Source of the DNA: a phage
DNA: 64,000 nucleotides
Reading direction: 5' to 3' (one strand)
Sequence record: NC_101838.1
Shown here: in pieces, positions 1-8,801 of the stretch
Layout of the letters: every line of letters begins with the position of its first letter
Position numbering within the stretch: position 1 is the stretch's first letter
The notes under the pieces: model-generated
What the model was told of the DNA's origin: nothing
Seen by the model: only the letters and a program-made list of their open reading frames with translations
Databases searched by the model: none
Translations under genes and position numbers: made by a program

Positions 1-6
1 CTTAAG

Positions 7-252
7 ATGACTGAAGTAGTTGCTCGCGCAGGACAGAAAGTACGTTGTGTTGAAGTAGGTTTTGGTGGCAAAGGGTGTCAAAACTTGACTCAAGGTAAGG
101 AATACGCTGTTATTTCTGGTGGTGGCGACGAAAGTATTGTGTTCGAGGGCCACATCCTGGATGCTGAAAACTTTGAAATCTTTGACGACGATGGGGATCC
201 AATCACCTGCCTGCTGGACGGGAATTGGGGAACTTTCGAAGTGATTGGCTAA
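7..252 (+). CDS. hypothetical protein (81 aa)
   Basis: Six-frame ORF, first of a co-directional plus-strand array; no recognisable motif. Confidence 0.45.
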   Translation: MTEVVARAGQKVRCVEVGFGGKGCQNLTQGKEYAVISGGGDESIVFEGHILDAENFEIFDDDGDPITCLLDGNWGTFEVIG

Positions 253-335
253 CAAATACCTATTGTAATTTGCAGAAGGGGATGCTAAAATAGTGTCTCC
301 TTCTATGTTGTTCAAATAAAATCGGAGATTCCATA

Positions 336-701
336 ATGGAACAAATGAACGATCAAGCGTCGGTTGCGATGAACGAGCAAGAACAACCTCAAGAATTTTT
401 CTTAGGGTTAAGTAAAGATCAAGTGTCTCTTCTACTAGTGCTTTCTTCTTTCATGGGAAGACTTCAGGAGCTCACACAACAACCAGAGGCTGAACAATTA
501 TTTCAAGCTCTGCGTGAAGAAGAAAAATATCGTCGTTTGGACTATGCCTTAGGTTGGGTAGCTCAACAACGAGATATGCTGATGGCCCTCTCTGGGACCA
601 CAAGTTTTGCAATGGGGCTGTTGGCTCAAGTTCAGGACAAATTAATTCAAGCAGGGTTTGCACACACGGCAAACACTAACGAAGAACAAGGAGACAAATA
701 A
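336..701 (+). CDS. hypothetical protein (121 aa), Gln/Glu-rich
   Basis: ORF whose stop overlaps the next start (TAATG), suggesting translational coupling. Confidence 0.5.
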   Translation: MEQMNDQASVAMNEQEQPQEFFLGLSKDQVSLLLVLSSFMGRLQELTQQPEAEQLFQALREEEKYRRLDYALGWVAQQRDMLMALSGTTSFAMGLLAQVQDKLIQAGFAHTANTNEEQGDK

Positions 702-1927
702 TGAGCGTTATTCAACAATTCGCTAACCCGATGAATCCGCGTGAAACTGTTTTACTGGCTCACGGCATGATTAAACGTGTCAGCATCAAGCCTATCAAAG
801 GTGCTGATCCTACAACAGGTATTAAAACCACTGTGTGGCAAGGTAAGAAAATTGAATCCAGCCACACCATCTCTTTACTGATTTCTGAACTGGATTCCTC
901 TGATAACCTGCTTCAAGGTGGTGAAGAAGTTTGGATCAGCATGGGTGATAAGCTGCTTAAACCTGGTCATCAAGACTCTGTCTCTGTTAAAATTGATGAC
1001 AAGTGGGAAACCGTAACGCCGGGATGGATCGTAAATATCCCTTTGAAGGCAAACGAGCATAACGGTAAGACCTATTACAAAGGCTCACTGGCTAAGATGG
1101 TCAAGCTGGGTGCAGGAGAGGCTCCAGCAGCGACTCAGCAGCAAAAACAGCAACAAGGTGCACAATCACAAGGCCAGAAGCAGAAACCTCAGCAGAATGC
1201 CAATCAGGACGTTTTACGCATCTATGGCGATGTGACTCAGATTGTTGGCAACGTGGTTACTGTTAATGACCACAAGATTGGCGAAGGTGCTATGGTTGTA
1301 ACTGATGAGCAGCTTAAAGACCTGGTGGTAGGTGGTCGTGTTGCAGCCATTGTTGACAAAGACACCGGAAACATTATCAGTGGTTTCAAAGCCTATCCCC
1401 CTAAGGCAGAGAACGGCACTCAAGGCTCCGGTGGCAAGCGTAAATCCTCTTACGACCCTATCGGTGTGGAAACGGGGCATAGCATCAATGCGTTGCAGAT
1501 CATCCTGGATCGCGGGTTTAAGGTAGACGACCCACTGGGCGTGGCTAAAACACTGCACGTAGTCACCATTGAGCTTAAGAAAGAGTATGCTCAAGCCACC
1601 AACCGAACTGAAGATGAAGTAGGTGCCAGTGTCGGTAATGCGGTGTTGAACGCTTGTCGCCGTATTGACAAGAAAACGAAAGTTGATGATTTTGCAGCGG
1701 CAATTACTGCAGAAGCAAAAGATGTCTTGACTAATCTGGCTGAACCGTTGTACGATTGGATCAAGAACGGTGCTGGGTCAACTGACTATCAAGAACCCCA
1801 GGCTGCCAAACAGGAAGCAGCTCCACAGCAAAACACTGTAGACGCTCCTCCTGTAAATGATGAGGAAGATGACCCAATGGATCAGAATCCAGCACAGTAC
1901 ACCTTTGATGATGACATCCCTTTTTAA
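701..1927 (+). CDS. putative ssDNA-binding / SSB-interactome protein with canonical SSB C-terminal tail (408 aa)
   Basis: C-terminus ...PMDQNPAQYTFDDDIPF matches the E. coli SSB acidic tip (DDDIPF); Gln-rich linker (QQQKQQQGAQSQGQKQKPQQ) between two domains; N-terminal region not recognisably the canonical SSB OB-fold. Confidence 0.6.
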   Translation: MSVIQQFANPMNPRETVLLAHGMIKRVSIKPIKGADPTTGIKTTVWQGKKIESSHTISLLISELDSSDNLLQGGEEVWISMGDKLLKPGHQDSVSVKIDDKWETVTPGWIVNIPLKANEHNGKTYYKGSLAKMVKLGAGEAPAATQQQKQQQGAQSQGQKQKPQQNANQDVLRIYGDVTQIVGNVVTVNDHKIGEGAMVVTDEQLKDLVVGGRVAAIVDKDTGNIISGFKAYPPKAENGTQGSGGKRKSSYDPIGVETGHSINALQIILDRGFKVDDPLGVAKTLHVVTIELKKEYAQATNRTEDEVGASVGNAVLNACRRIDKKTKVDDFAAAITAEAKDVLTNLAEPLYDWIKNGAGSTDYQEPQAAKQEAAPQQNTVDAPPVNDEEDDPMDQNPAQYTFDDDIPF

Positions 1928-1942
1928 CATCTAGTTAACATA

Positions 1943-1970
1943 GCCCTGCCCGAAAGGGTGGGGCATTTTT
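1943..1970 (+). terminator. putative intrinsic terminator
   Basis: Imperfect GC hairpin (gccctgcccgaaagggtggggc) followed by cattttt just after the stop at 1927. Confidence 0.4.
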
Positions 1971-1989
1971 GTATAAGGAGATCTGAAAA

Positions 1990-2406
1990 ATGACATTAGA
2001 AGATATCATTGTTAAGCCTGAGAACTATGACCAATACAACCTGTCAACTCAATCTGTAGACCTTGGATGCGCCACGGTCAGTGCGTGGCTGGTTAACGGA
2101 AAAGAGCTGGATAAATGCTTAGAAGCTCACATGTCTATTAACAAGTTTCTGGATGAAAATACTCACTGGCTTGAGGGTGCAGGCGTATATGCTTCATGGT
2201 TGGATAGTATGGGATTCGACTACCAATCTGAAGAGGGGTGGTGGAGCTATTTAGCTATCTGTCCAGAGACGCTACAATGCTTCATGAAATATTCTGAAGA
2301 TTTGGAGTACCGGGCGGTGGTTGATAGTGCTATTGCCCGTTATAGCCGTAAACCTTTTTCCCACGACATTAAAACTGTGGAAGAATTTGTTGAAGTTTTC
2401 TGTTGA
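1990..2406 (+). CDS. hypothetical protein (138 aa)
   Basis: ORF preceded by aaggag SD-like motif; no recognisable domain. Confidence 0.5.
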   Translation: MTLEDIIVKPENYDQYNLSTQSVDLGCATVSAWLVNGKELDKCLEAHMSINKFLDENTHWLEGAGVYASWLDSMGFDYQSEEGWWSYLAICPETLQCFMKYSEDLEYRAVVDSAIARYSRKPFSHDIKTVEEFVEVFC

Positions 2407-2502
2407 CACAGATTGAAAGGTGTGCAATTATAACTTCATAGAACGGGAGGACGTGATGAACGAAGAAAACTGGGATGTATAACTAACAGGAGGCCACTGC
2501 CC

Positions 2503-2700
2503 ATGATTTATCGAATCCGTGTAAGAGAAGATGCACCAGGCTGTTACTTTGACTGGCGTGGGTGGTGGTTTATCCACCCAATGGATGGACTCACAGATAG
2601 AATGCTGGATGCTGCCCTTTACACAGATACCGACATAGAATATAATCTCTATCTGAAGGACGGTATAGATAACGGCCTGTTTGAAGCAATTCCTGTGTAA
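2503..2700 (+). CDS. hypothetical protein (65 aa)
   Basis: Short ORF preceded by aggagg SD-like motif. Confidence 0.4.
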   Translation: MIYRIRVREDAPGCYFDWRGWWFIHPMDGLTDRMLDAALYTDTDIEYNLYLKDGIDNGLFEAIPV

Positions 2701-2768
2701 GAGACTGTGATAGCTATGTTTTATGATCTTCCTGTAGCGCCACCACCTGTTGAACCAGGAGAACTAAG

Positions 2769-3194
2769 ATGATCTATGAAATGCCAAAACTGATTCGTGA
2801 CGATGCCCAAAACGCTCACACCATTATTATGGGCAAACGCATGGATATTATTTGTCATAAAGATTTCTGGGAAGGAAGTTACTTCACAGAGTATTTTGGT
2901 AAACTGGACAATGGTCTGCTGATCCAGTTCTACACCGATGCGGAAAACAACATTCCCTGGGAGTTCGAAACTGAAGATGTCCATAAACTTTTCACCTTCC
3001 TCGGTATTAAGGTTAAGGCCAAGTTTGAAGAAGGTGAGTGCGACGATTGTGGATTTTATGAGGTAACAGATTTCTACCTTCCTAGCGGTAAGAACCTTTA
3101 CTATGAAAGCCACTTCGGTAACTCCAATATGCCACAGTGCTGGACTGAGTTTTTTGAAATTGCGGAAGAGGAGCTGGCTTACCGTGATTATTGA
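2769..3194 (+). CDS. hypothetical protein (141 aa)
   Basis: ORF preceded by caggag; stop overlaps the probable GTG start of the next gene. Confidence 0.5.
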   Translation: MIYEMPKLIRDDAQNAHTIIMGKRMDIICHKDFWEGSYFTEYFGKLDNGLLIQFYTDAENNIPWEFETEDVHKLFTFLGIKVKAKFEEGECDDCGFYEVTDFYLPSGKNLYYESHFGNSNMPQCWTEFFEIAEEELAYRDY

Positions 3195-3642
3195 TACTGT
3201 AGAGGGAGATTTAATCTCCCTTTTTAAGAGCGGTGCTGGTCACCTGATCCACGGTTGTAACTGCTTCCACACAATGGGCAAGGGTATAGCAAAACAGATT
3301 GCCCGTGAGTTTCCTCAAGCACTGTCAGCCGACAAAGAGACTAGATACGGTTGCCTAAGTAAACTGGGTGCGTTCTCCCGATGGGAGCACTTATCTCCGG
3401 TAGGTATTGTCTACGGAATCAATCTATATACCCAGTTCTACCCAGGACCTAATGCTGAGTATTTCTCAATCCTGAAAGGCTTTGAGCTAGTCAATGAAGT
3501 ATTCAGCGGATCGACTTTACCATTCTACATCCCTAAGATCGGGTGCGGCATAGGCGGTTTGAAGTGGGAACACGTAGAGGACGTTATTAACCTTGCCACT
3601 TTCGACATAGATATTGTCGTGGTGGAGTACAAAAAGTGTTGA
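3184..3642 (+). CDS. macrodomain protein, TARG1/OARD1-like (O-acyl-ADP-ribose deacylase / ADP-ribosyl hydrolase family)
   Basis: Motifs GAGHLIHGCNCFHTMGKGIAKQI and IPKIGCGIGGLKWEHV resemble the TARG1/C6orf130 macrodomain signature as recalled (AHCISEDCRMGAGIA ... MPRIGCGLDRLQWENV). Probable GTG start at 3184 with gaagaggag upstream; the track ORF starts at an upstream ATG (3103) inside the previous gene. Confidence 0.6.
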   Translation: MIIDTVEGDLISLFKSGAGHLIHGCNCFHTMGKGIAKQIAREFPQALSADKETRYGCLSKLGAFSRWEHLSPVGIVYGINLYTQFYPGPNAEYFSILKGFELVNEVFSGSTLPFYIPKIGCGIGGLKWEHVEDVINLATFDIDIVVVEYKKC

Positions 3643-3667
3643 CGACCATCTTCTGAGGTGATATAGT
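3639..3667 (+). promoter_or_regulatory. sigma70-like promoter (TTGACG-17-TATAGT)
   Basis: -35/-10 hexamers with 17-bp spacer downstream of the macrodomain gene. Confidence 0.4.
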
Positions 3668-3893
3668 TTCCACGACAACTAAGAGAGGAGAGCACTGTGG
3701 AGACTAAAATCTTAATTCTTGCTGTGGTAGATACAACCGAAGGAGCTATATTCGAATCTGCAGGAGGGTATTTCTACCTACCATACGGAAAAAGAACTTC
3801 CGAGCCAGGTAAAGATTCAATCCTCAAAGTGTTCCCGTGTGCTTTCTGGCTGGAGATTTTGGTATAAGATTGCAGAGGATTTGGGAGAGAATT

Positions 3894-4088
3894 ATGAGAA
3901 ACAAGAAAGAACTTTACTCCGGTGAGTGGATCAACGATCAACAGGTGGGAGAGGTAACCTGCTTCCGATGTTTTACCAGGTACAATCTTAAAACTGCACC
4001 AAAAAGTGTTCCAAAGACTGACGGTTACTACATAAAAGAACCTCATTGCCCAAAATGTAAATGCCGATTGTACTGGAGCAATCTGTAA
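3894..4088 (+). CDS. small zinc-ribbon protein (about 64 aa)
   Basis: CxxC ... CPKCKC cysteine pairs; internal ATG of track ORF 3837..4088 chosen as start. Confidence 0.4.
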   Translation: MRNKKELYSGEWINDQQVGEVTCFRCFTRYNLKTAPKSVPKTDGYYIKEPHCPKCKCRLYWSNL

Positions 4089-4092
4089 GAGG

Positions 4093-4120
4093 TTGACATC
4101 TGAAAACTGCAGTGTATAAT
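4093..4120 (+). promoter_or_regulatory. sigma70-like promoter (TTGACA-16-TATAAT)
   Basis: Consensus hexamers upstream of the ORF at 4152. Confidence 0.55.
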
Positions 4121-4151
4121 ATACGCATAAACTAACAGAGGGTGATGTATT

Positions 4152-4343
4152 ATGGTAATTTTTAACCGGGATGGTATCATAGTTAGACAGCACCCGTTCC
4201 TTGAATACTATCAAATTGAGCAATGGTGCTACGGGGATTGCAGTCACTCCTATGGGCAAAGTTGGGGATATCGTACAGTTTTTGAATCCACAGACCTTGA
4301 CAAAGTAAAACAGAAAGTTTTAGAACTTCTTAACAACAAGTGA
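4152..4343 (+). CDS. hypothetical protein (63 aa)
   Basis: ORF downstream of a consensus promoter. Confidence 0.45.
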   Translation: MVIFNRDGIIVRQHPFLEYYQIEQWCYGDCSHSYGQSWGYRTVFESTDLDKVKQKVLELLNNK

Positions 4344-4353
4344 GTATCGTGCC

Positions 4354-4686
4354 ATGGTAACATTGGAAAGACGTAAAGCTATTGCCGCCACACTGGCAGA
4401 CATCTTTTGGGATTGTAATTTAAAATCTACCCGAAATTGTGGTGCATCTGTAGATGTATTATTCCCACGGCCTACTATTGTTGCAATGGGCAACCTGCTC
4501 GATGTGGTATATGGAGCATGGGACAAGGAAGGTGGATTCTATATCTGGCAACCTGACTACGGGACTTGGAAAGAGGTTAGTGGTTCTTCGGACTTCACTC
4601 CTGCAGTGGCTAAAATGGATGGCTGGAAAATCTATGTCGGTAACGACATGGAACTGAAAGGCGAAATTGTTTACTGGTTACCTTAA
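4354..4686 (+). CDS. hypothetical protein (110 aa)
   Basis: ORF in co-directional array. Confidence 0.5.
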   Translation: MVTLERRKAIAATLADIFWDCNLKSTRNCGASVDVLFPRPTIVAMGNLLDVVYGAWDKEGGFYIWQPDYGTWKEVSGSSDFTPAVAKMDGWKIYVGNDMELKGEIVYWLP

Positions 4687-4707
4687 GAAAGTCCAGGAGA
4701 TAAAGTT

Positions 4708-4953
4708 ATGAACAAAGGGTGGACATTTGTAGACGGCGTTAAAAACATGCCTCTAGGAAAGTATATTGTAGCCATGGCAGATGAGAATGGCAAGGTTGAT
4801 TTCGGAGTTTGCGAGGTTGTTCTTGCAGGATCTGGTGACTATGCTCACAAAACTGGGATAATTAACGGTCATTTCTACTTTGATTACAACCCTGTTGTGG
4901 CGTATATGGCTATGCCAGAGTTCGAGCTCCCAAAGGAAGGTGCAGATGTTTAA
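4708..4953 (+). CDS. hypothetical protein (81 aa)
   Basis: ORF preceded by ccaggag SD-like motif. Confidence 0.5.
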   Translation: MNKGWTFVDGVKNMPLGKYIVAMADENGKVDFGVCEVVLAGSGDYAHKTGIINGHFYFDYNPVVAYMAMPEFELPKEGADV

Positions 4954-5143
4954 GCTTAAATCTGCATGGAACATCGCTGTGGGGGACGAGATCCGTATCC
5001 CAGGTGGAAAGACCATTATGAAAATATCTCGTATCGAGTACGAAGGTGATCGTGTATTTCATATCTTTGCAGAAGATGGTCGAGAAATTTATATACAGGC
5101 AGGCTCTCACATCTATATTCGTAAGAAAGGGGAGGACAAATGA
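4946..5143 (+). CDS. hypothetical protein (65 aa)
   Basis: Internal ATG of track ORF 4880..5143, overlapping the upstream stop; aaggaagg SD-like motif. Confidence 0.45.
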   Translation: MFKLKSAWNIAVGDEIRIPGGKTIMKISRIEYEGDRVFHIFAEDGREIYIQAGSHIYIRKKGEDK

Positions 5144-5469
5144 CAGAGATCATCATTTCAACTGCAGGGTATGTATTCCTGACAATCATTGCGCTGGCTA
5201 TTCTGGTGGCGGTGTATGGATTTGTTATCCTTCCTATCCTTGAGACATTTAGTTTGTGTCGGTGTTGGAGAAAAGCTTACGGTCCACAACCATGGAAGGA
5301 CTGGCCCCACCTGGTGCGCTTAGCGTTCTCTTATGCTTACGATCACTCCAGTAGTGCATGCATAACCGGATACCACGCCCACAACTGGAGCTGGGAAGGG
5401 TTGAGGAAATGGAATGTTACAAAGACCATACCTCTGCGCATGTACAAACCTAAAAACAAAGACAACTGA
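5140..5469 (+). CDS. hypothetical membrane protein (109 aa)
   Basis: N-terminal hydrophobic helix (TAGYVFLTIIALAILVAVYGFVILPIL); aaaggggagg SD-like motif; start overlaps upstream stop. Confidence 0.5.
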   Translation: MTEIIISTAGYVFLTIIALAILVAVYGFVILPILETFSLCRCWRKAYGPQPWKDWPHLVRLAFSYAYDHSSSACITGYHAHNWSWEGLRKWNVTKTIPLRMYKPKNKDN

Positions 5470-5499
5470 TACTTGAAAATTCCTGGCATATCAAGTATA

Positions 5500-5960
5500 A
5501 GGGGGATTTCTAAAATGGATTTCCTCCTTTTGATATTTCACCGGGCTGGATATTTTAAAATTCTTAGAAAATCAGAAAATGGATCGAAAACTAAAATGGA
5601 TTTTTCAGAGTAGGCGCGACAAGCTGAATAACTCATCCTATCGTTTGCACCATATTCCAGGCCACCATTATAGATTTCCCACACATGCTAACCTCCCTCT
5701 ACTAGAACTTCCTCCACTTACCCTTGACCTTCTATGGTAACAATCTAACCGCTATCTTGAAGTTGCGGTGCAGCTTTCCAGGTACTCGATCTACTTTTCA
5801 TTTCAGGGCTTGGATTTTCTGAAAATTTTTCTCGATAAATTTCTCAGTACTCGATCTGTTTTTCGTTTTCTGAATCGGATTTTCTGGAAATCGTTCCGGC
5901 TCTCAACCTGAAATTTTTGGGGACGAAATCGATTTTTCGTTTTCAGAAATGGATTTTTAA
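5500..5960. repeat. iteron-like degenerate direct repeats (core GGATTTT) in ORF-free region
   Basis: At least 8 copies of (A)TGGATTTT(C)-like motifs and two copies of CAGTACTCGATCT about 65 bp apart. Confidence 0.6.
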
Positions 5961-6066
5961 AATTTCTATATGGGAATATTTTAGTGGATACTATTTTATA
6001 GTAAATTGTTACGGAGGGTAATTAGCGTGCTAATTAAATTTATTAAATGCGAGGAGTTCTCATTTA

Positions 6067-6285
6067 GAATCTTGAATGATAATCATTCTCGTTTGCAGAA
6101 TAACGGGCAGGCCCGGTGATTGTCTCCCGGCCCCTGTTGCCCCGGCTTGTTATTATAGTATCACACAGGACAAAGAAAGCAAGGATTTTTTGCATAAATT
6201 TTTAAATGATAATGATAACCGTTCTCATTTTATGCAGCGCTCATCCCTGGTGGTTGTCTCCCCCGTCACCGGTGCCTGCCGTCCT
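6067..6285. repeat. two copies of an approximately 75-bp direct repeat
   Basis: aatgataat..tctc.ttt..gcag...ggtgattgtctccc seen at about 6067-6140 and again at about 6208-6285. Confidence 0.5.
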
Positions 6286-6482
6286 TTCGATAGGTATATT
6301 GTGCCACCTGTCGGGGCCGCTGTCAACACTTTTCAAAAAATTTTTCTAACCTGATGCGCTAACCGCTGCAACCTGGCGGGGCCAGCCTGGCAGGACCTAA
6401 CTGACCAGGTGGGAGAGGGTGAAATCTTGCAAACCTGGTAGGCCCATGCTGTAGGGTAAACAATTGAAGAGGAGGTACAAAA

Positions 6483-6620
6483 ATGAAAGGTAATGCTACT
6501 CACCTGGGAAATGTAGTGATTAATGATACAGAAGCGCGGGAACATAAAGAAGAGTACGAAAAAATGGTGGTTAACCTGGCGGGGGGGCGGCAGGTGGATT
6601 CTATCATAAAAATAATTTAA
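6483..6620 (+). CDS. small hypothetical protein (45 aa)
   Basis: Short ORF with strong SD (gaagaggagg) 7 nt upstream of ATG; below the track length cutoff. Confidence 0.3.
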   Translation: MKGNATHLGNVVINDTEAREHKEEYEKMVVNLAGGRQVDSIIKII

Positions 6621-6628
6621 AATAATCG

Positions 6629-6656
6629 TTGACAACAAGGTTAATCATGGTATTAT
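6629..6656 (+). promoter_or_regulatory. sigma70-like promoter (TTGACA-16-TATTAT)
   Basis: Consensus-like hexamers upstream of the ORF at 6707. Confidence 0.5.
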
Positions 6657-6706
6657 TACCCTACAAGGTGAACAACACCGCACTAACCAGTAAAGAGGAT
6701 AAATTT

Positions 6707-6904
6707 ATGAACGCATACGGGATCAAAGTACGTCGCAACACTCGCCAGGTGGTCACCGATCAAATGGTTTGCCAGGTGGACGTAACCATCAACAACGGGC
6801 AAGGCCTTTATAAATTCCGTCGCGGTCAGAGCTATACCCGGCAACAGCTTAATCGTTGCGCCCTGACAAAAGGACAGATCAACCACTGGTTTAATAAAAA
6901 ATAA
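6707..6904 (+). CDS. hypothetical protein (65 aa)
   Basis: Internal ATG with aaagaggataaa SD-like leader, downstream of promoter. Confidence 0.45.
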   Translation: MNAYGIKVRRNTRQVVTDQMVCQVDVTINNGQGLYKFRRGQSYTRQQLNRCALTKGQINHWFNKK

Positions 6905-6968
6905 GTATTGACATATAGTCCGACACCAAATACACTAAAAGCACAAAAGACACTAAGAGGATAAAATC

Positions 6969-7367
6969 ATGAAAACCACTACCTTTAATTTTGATAATGC
7001 GGACTTTTCTTTTTCTGATGTCAAGAACTGCCGCCGTGATCGTGGATTTTACAAGGCTTATAATCTGGTGGGCCTGGACGATGACAATAATTTGCACGAA
7101 GTAGCTGAGATCCGGTATTATGCCGCCGTCAGCGGGAACACTCACTACTGCGTGTTTTGGATTCACGACAACAAGAACAATAAGTACGGTTATACTGGCG
7201 GCAAGGCGAGCGGTCACGGTTACGATAAAGCTAACGCAGCACTTGAGAGCGCATTAAATGCTATGGGGATCACTGCCGACGGCTGGATCTACGAAGAAGA
7301 GTTTTTGTCGGCACTTGCTGACCACCTGGGCTATAAAAAACACATTGTAACATGCGCCCACGAATAA
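6969..7367 (+). CDS. hypothetical protein (132 aa)
   Basis: ORF with ctaagaggataaaatc leader. Confidence 0.55.
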   Translation: MKTTTFNFDNADFSFSDVKNCRRDRGFYKAYNLVGLDDDNNLHEVAEIRYYAAVSGNTHYCVFWIHDNKNNKYGYTGGKASGHGYDKANAALESALNAMGITADGWIYEEEFLSALADHLGYKKHIVTCAHE

Positions 7368-7449
7368 AAATCATTGACACGCTGCAAAATTTAAGTAAAC
7401 TAGACACAAAAGGCGGGAATGTTTCCCGCCAGCACAAAGGAAAAAGATC

Positions 7450-7845
7450 ATGAATAAGAACGTACGCCGCATCATGAACGAACTGGCAAACGATGAAAAA
7501 ATTATTGATATGCATTTGGTCAACATTTGCCGCCGTTGTGTAACATATAACAACCGCGCCGCAAAAGCGCGTGAGATGAACGCAAAAGGCACCTTAAAGC
7601 CCTTTCAGGTGGTTGTAAAATCTATAACTAGCGCAGCAGGCCAGGCGCAGGACCACAACAACGAGAGCGCTAATATTGATCCGTCTTACGTAATGAAACG
7701 GATCCGGACTTGCAAGAATAAAGAGCAGGTATATAACGTCATAGATTGGCTGGACTCCCTGGGCGATGTGGTTTACAATAGGTTTTCTGCAGCTATCGAG
7801 ATCCAGCTTGACAGATTGGACGGGAAAGTACTAAAAACTTATTGA
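7450..7845 (+). CDS. hypothetical protein (131 aa)
   Basis: ORF preceded by a leader hairpin (ggcgggaatgtttcccgcc) and aaaggaaaaag SD-like motif. Confidence 0.55.
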   Translation: MNKNVRRIMNELANDEKIIDMHLVNICRRCVTYNNRAAKAREMNAKGTLKPFQVVVKSITSAAGQAQDHNNESANIDPSYVMKRIRTCKNKEQVYNVIDWLDSLGDVVYNRFSAAIEIQLDRLDGKVLKTY

Positions 7846-7846
7846 G

Positions 7847-7892
7847 TTTATTTTTAGATGGCCTTGACACCAGGGCCATCAATAAAGTAAAC
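7847..7892 (+). promoter_or_regulatory. repeated intergenic cassette: promoter -35 embedded in a stem-loop (copy 1)
   Basis: gtttatttttagatggccTTGACAccagggccatcaataaagtaaac; inverted repeat gatggcc/ggccatc encloses TTGACA. Confidence 0.5.
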
Positions 7893-7925
7893 TAACCACA
7901 GTTGAGCGGAAAAGGAGGCTTAAAG

Positions 7926-8045
7926 ATGAGCACTACACGCCAGCACACAAAGGTAACCATCATCGTTTGCATCATTGGGTACATCCTGGCGCAAATGTTG
8001 ATGGGTAGCGCCAACGGTGTCGCAAAATTTTTCTTAAACTTTTAA
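7926..8045 (+). CDS. small hydrophobic peptide (39 aa)
   Basis: Strong SD (aaaaggagg) before ATG; hydrophobic core IIVCIIGYILAQMLMG; below track cutoff. Confidence 0.35.
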   Translation: MSTTRQHTKVTIIVCIIGYILAQMLMGSANGVAKFFLNF

Positions 8046-8073
8046 TTGACAAGCTAACTTAAATCGATATAAT
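8046..8073 (+). promoter_or_regulatory. sigma70-like promoter (TTGACA-16-TATAAT)
   Basis: Perfect consensus hexamers upstream of the ORF at 8125. Confidence 0.6.
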
Positions 8074-8124
8074 AAGCACATAAACGGGAAAACTTCCCAG
8101 AACACACAAAAGGAGAAAAACACC

Positions 8125-8466
8125 ATGACTACTATGACCGCCTCAGAAAAAGCTATGCAGATCGCTGAACTGAAAAAACAGATCGCAGACCTTGAGAATA
8201 AGATCGATAACTTTGAAATCGACGAGGACAAGTACGACGAAAACTATGATGAATGGTTAGACGAGATCTACGGCGAAATTATGATCGGAAACATTTCTTT
8301 TCTTCCGTCGCGTATCCTCAAGGAGCTAGATCCTATCGCTTACCGCTGCGGATTTAGCGACTACATCGACAGCCTGGATATTGAGGACGATGAAGAATAC
8401 CAGGAATTACAGACAGAGTTAGAAGAAGCAAAAGAAGAGCTTGCGGAGCTGGAAGAAAACGAGTAA
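8125..8466 (+). CDS. hypothetical acidic coiled-coil protein (113 aa)
   Basis: ORF with aaaaggagaaaaac leader; highly acidic, heptad-like N-terminus. Confidence 0.55.
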   Translation: MTTMTASEKAMQIAELKKQIADLENKIDNFEIDEDKYDENYDEWLDEIYGEIMIGNISFLPSRILKELDPIAYRCGFSDYIDSLDIEDDEEYQELQTELEEAKEELAELEENE

Positions 8467-8513
8467 GCTTATTTTTAGATGGCCTTGACACCAGGGCCAT
8501 CAATAAAGTAAAC
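8467..8513 (+). promoter_or_regulatory. repeated intergenic cassette: promoter -35 embedded in a stem-loop (copy 2)
   Basis: Identical to the 7847 copy over about 45 nt. Confidence 0.5.
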
Positions 8514-8555
8514 TTTATACTGTTAACACTGAACTAATGCATAGGAGTTAAAACC

Positions 8556-8801
8556 ATGGCAGCACTAATCACCAAATATTATGCCCCTACCAACACCAAA
8601 AGCGCCCGTATCATGGTAAAAGGCTTCGGACGTAAAAAGGTGTACACCTGGGATTATGCCTTAGACATGGAAGACAACTACACCAACGCAATGACCGATT
8701 TTATTAATGAACTAAATAAGCAGATCTTGACAAGTTATAAAGTGACCGATATTGCTTATATAGGTGAAGGCGGGATCTGTTTTGTAGGCATTGTGAAATA
8801 G
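8556..8801 (+). CDS. hypothetical protein (81 aa)
   Basis: ORF preceded by taggagttaaaacc. Confidence 0.55.
   Translation: MAALITKYYAPTNTKSARIMVKGFGRKKVYTWDYALDMEDNYTNAMTDFINELNKQILTSYKVTDIAYIGEGGICFVGIVK

Noticed and set aside
701-1927. Annotating the 408-aa protein simply as canonical SSB
   Set aside because: Only the C-terminal tail and linker match; the N-terminal region does not resemble the E. coli SSB OB-fold sequence by eye, so the call is left as SSB-tail-bearing protein.
5500-5960. Possible CRISPR array suggested by clustered short repeats
   Set aside because: Repeats are only 8-13 bp, degenerate and irregularly spaced; there is no 25-40 bp repeat-spacer periodicity and no cas genes.
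6076-6638. Track ORFs 6076..6354 (+) and 6333..6638 (-) as genes
   Set aside because: They lie across direct repeats and GC homopolymer runs, lack ribosome-binding sites and translate to low-complexity sequence; likely non-coding.
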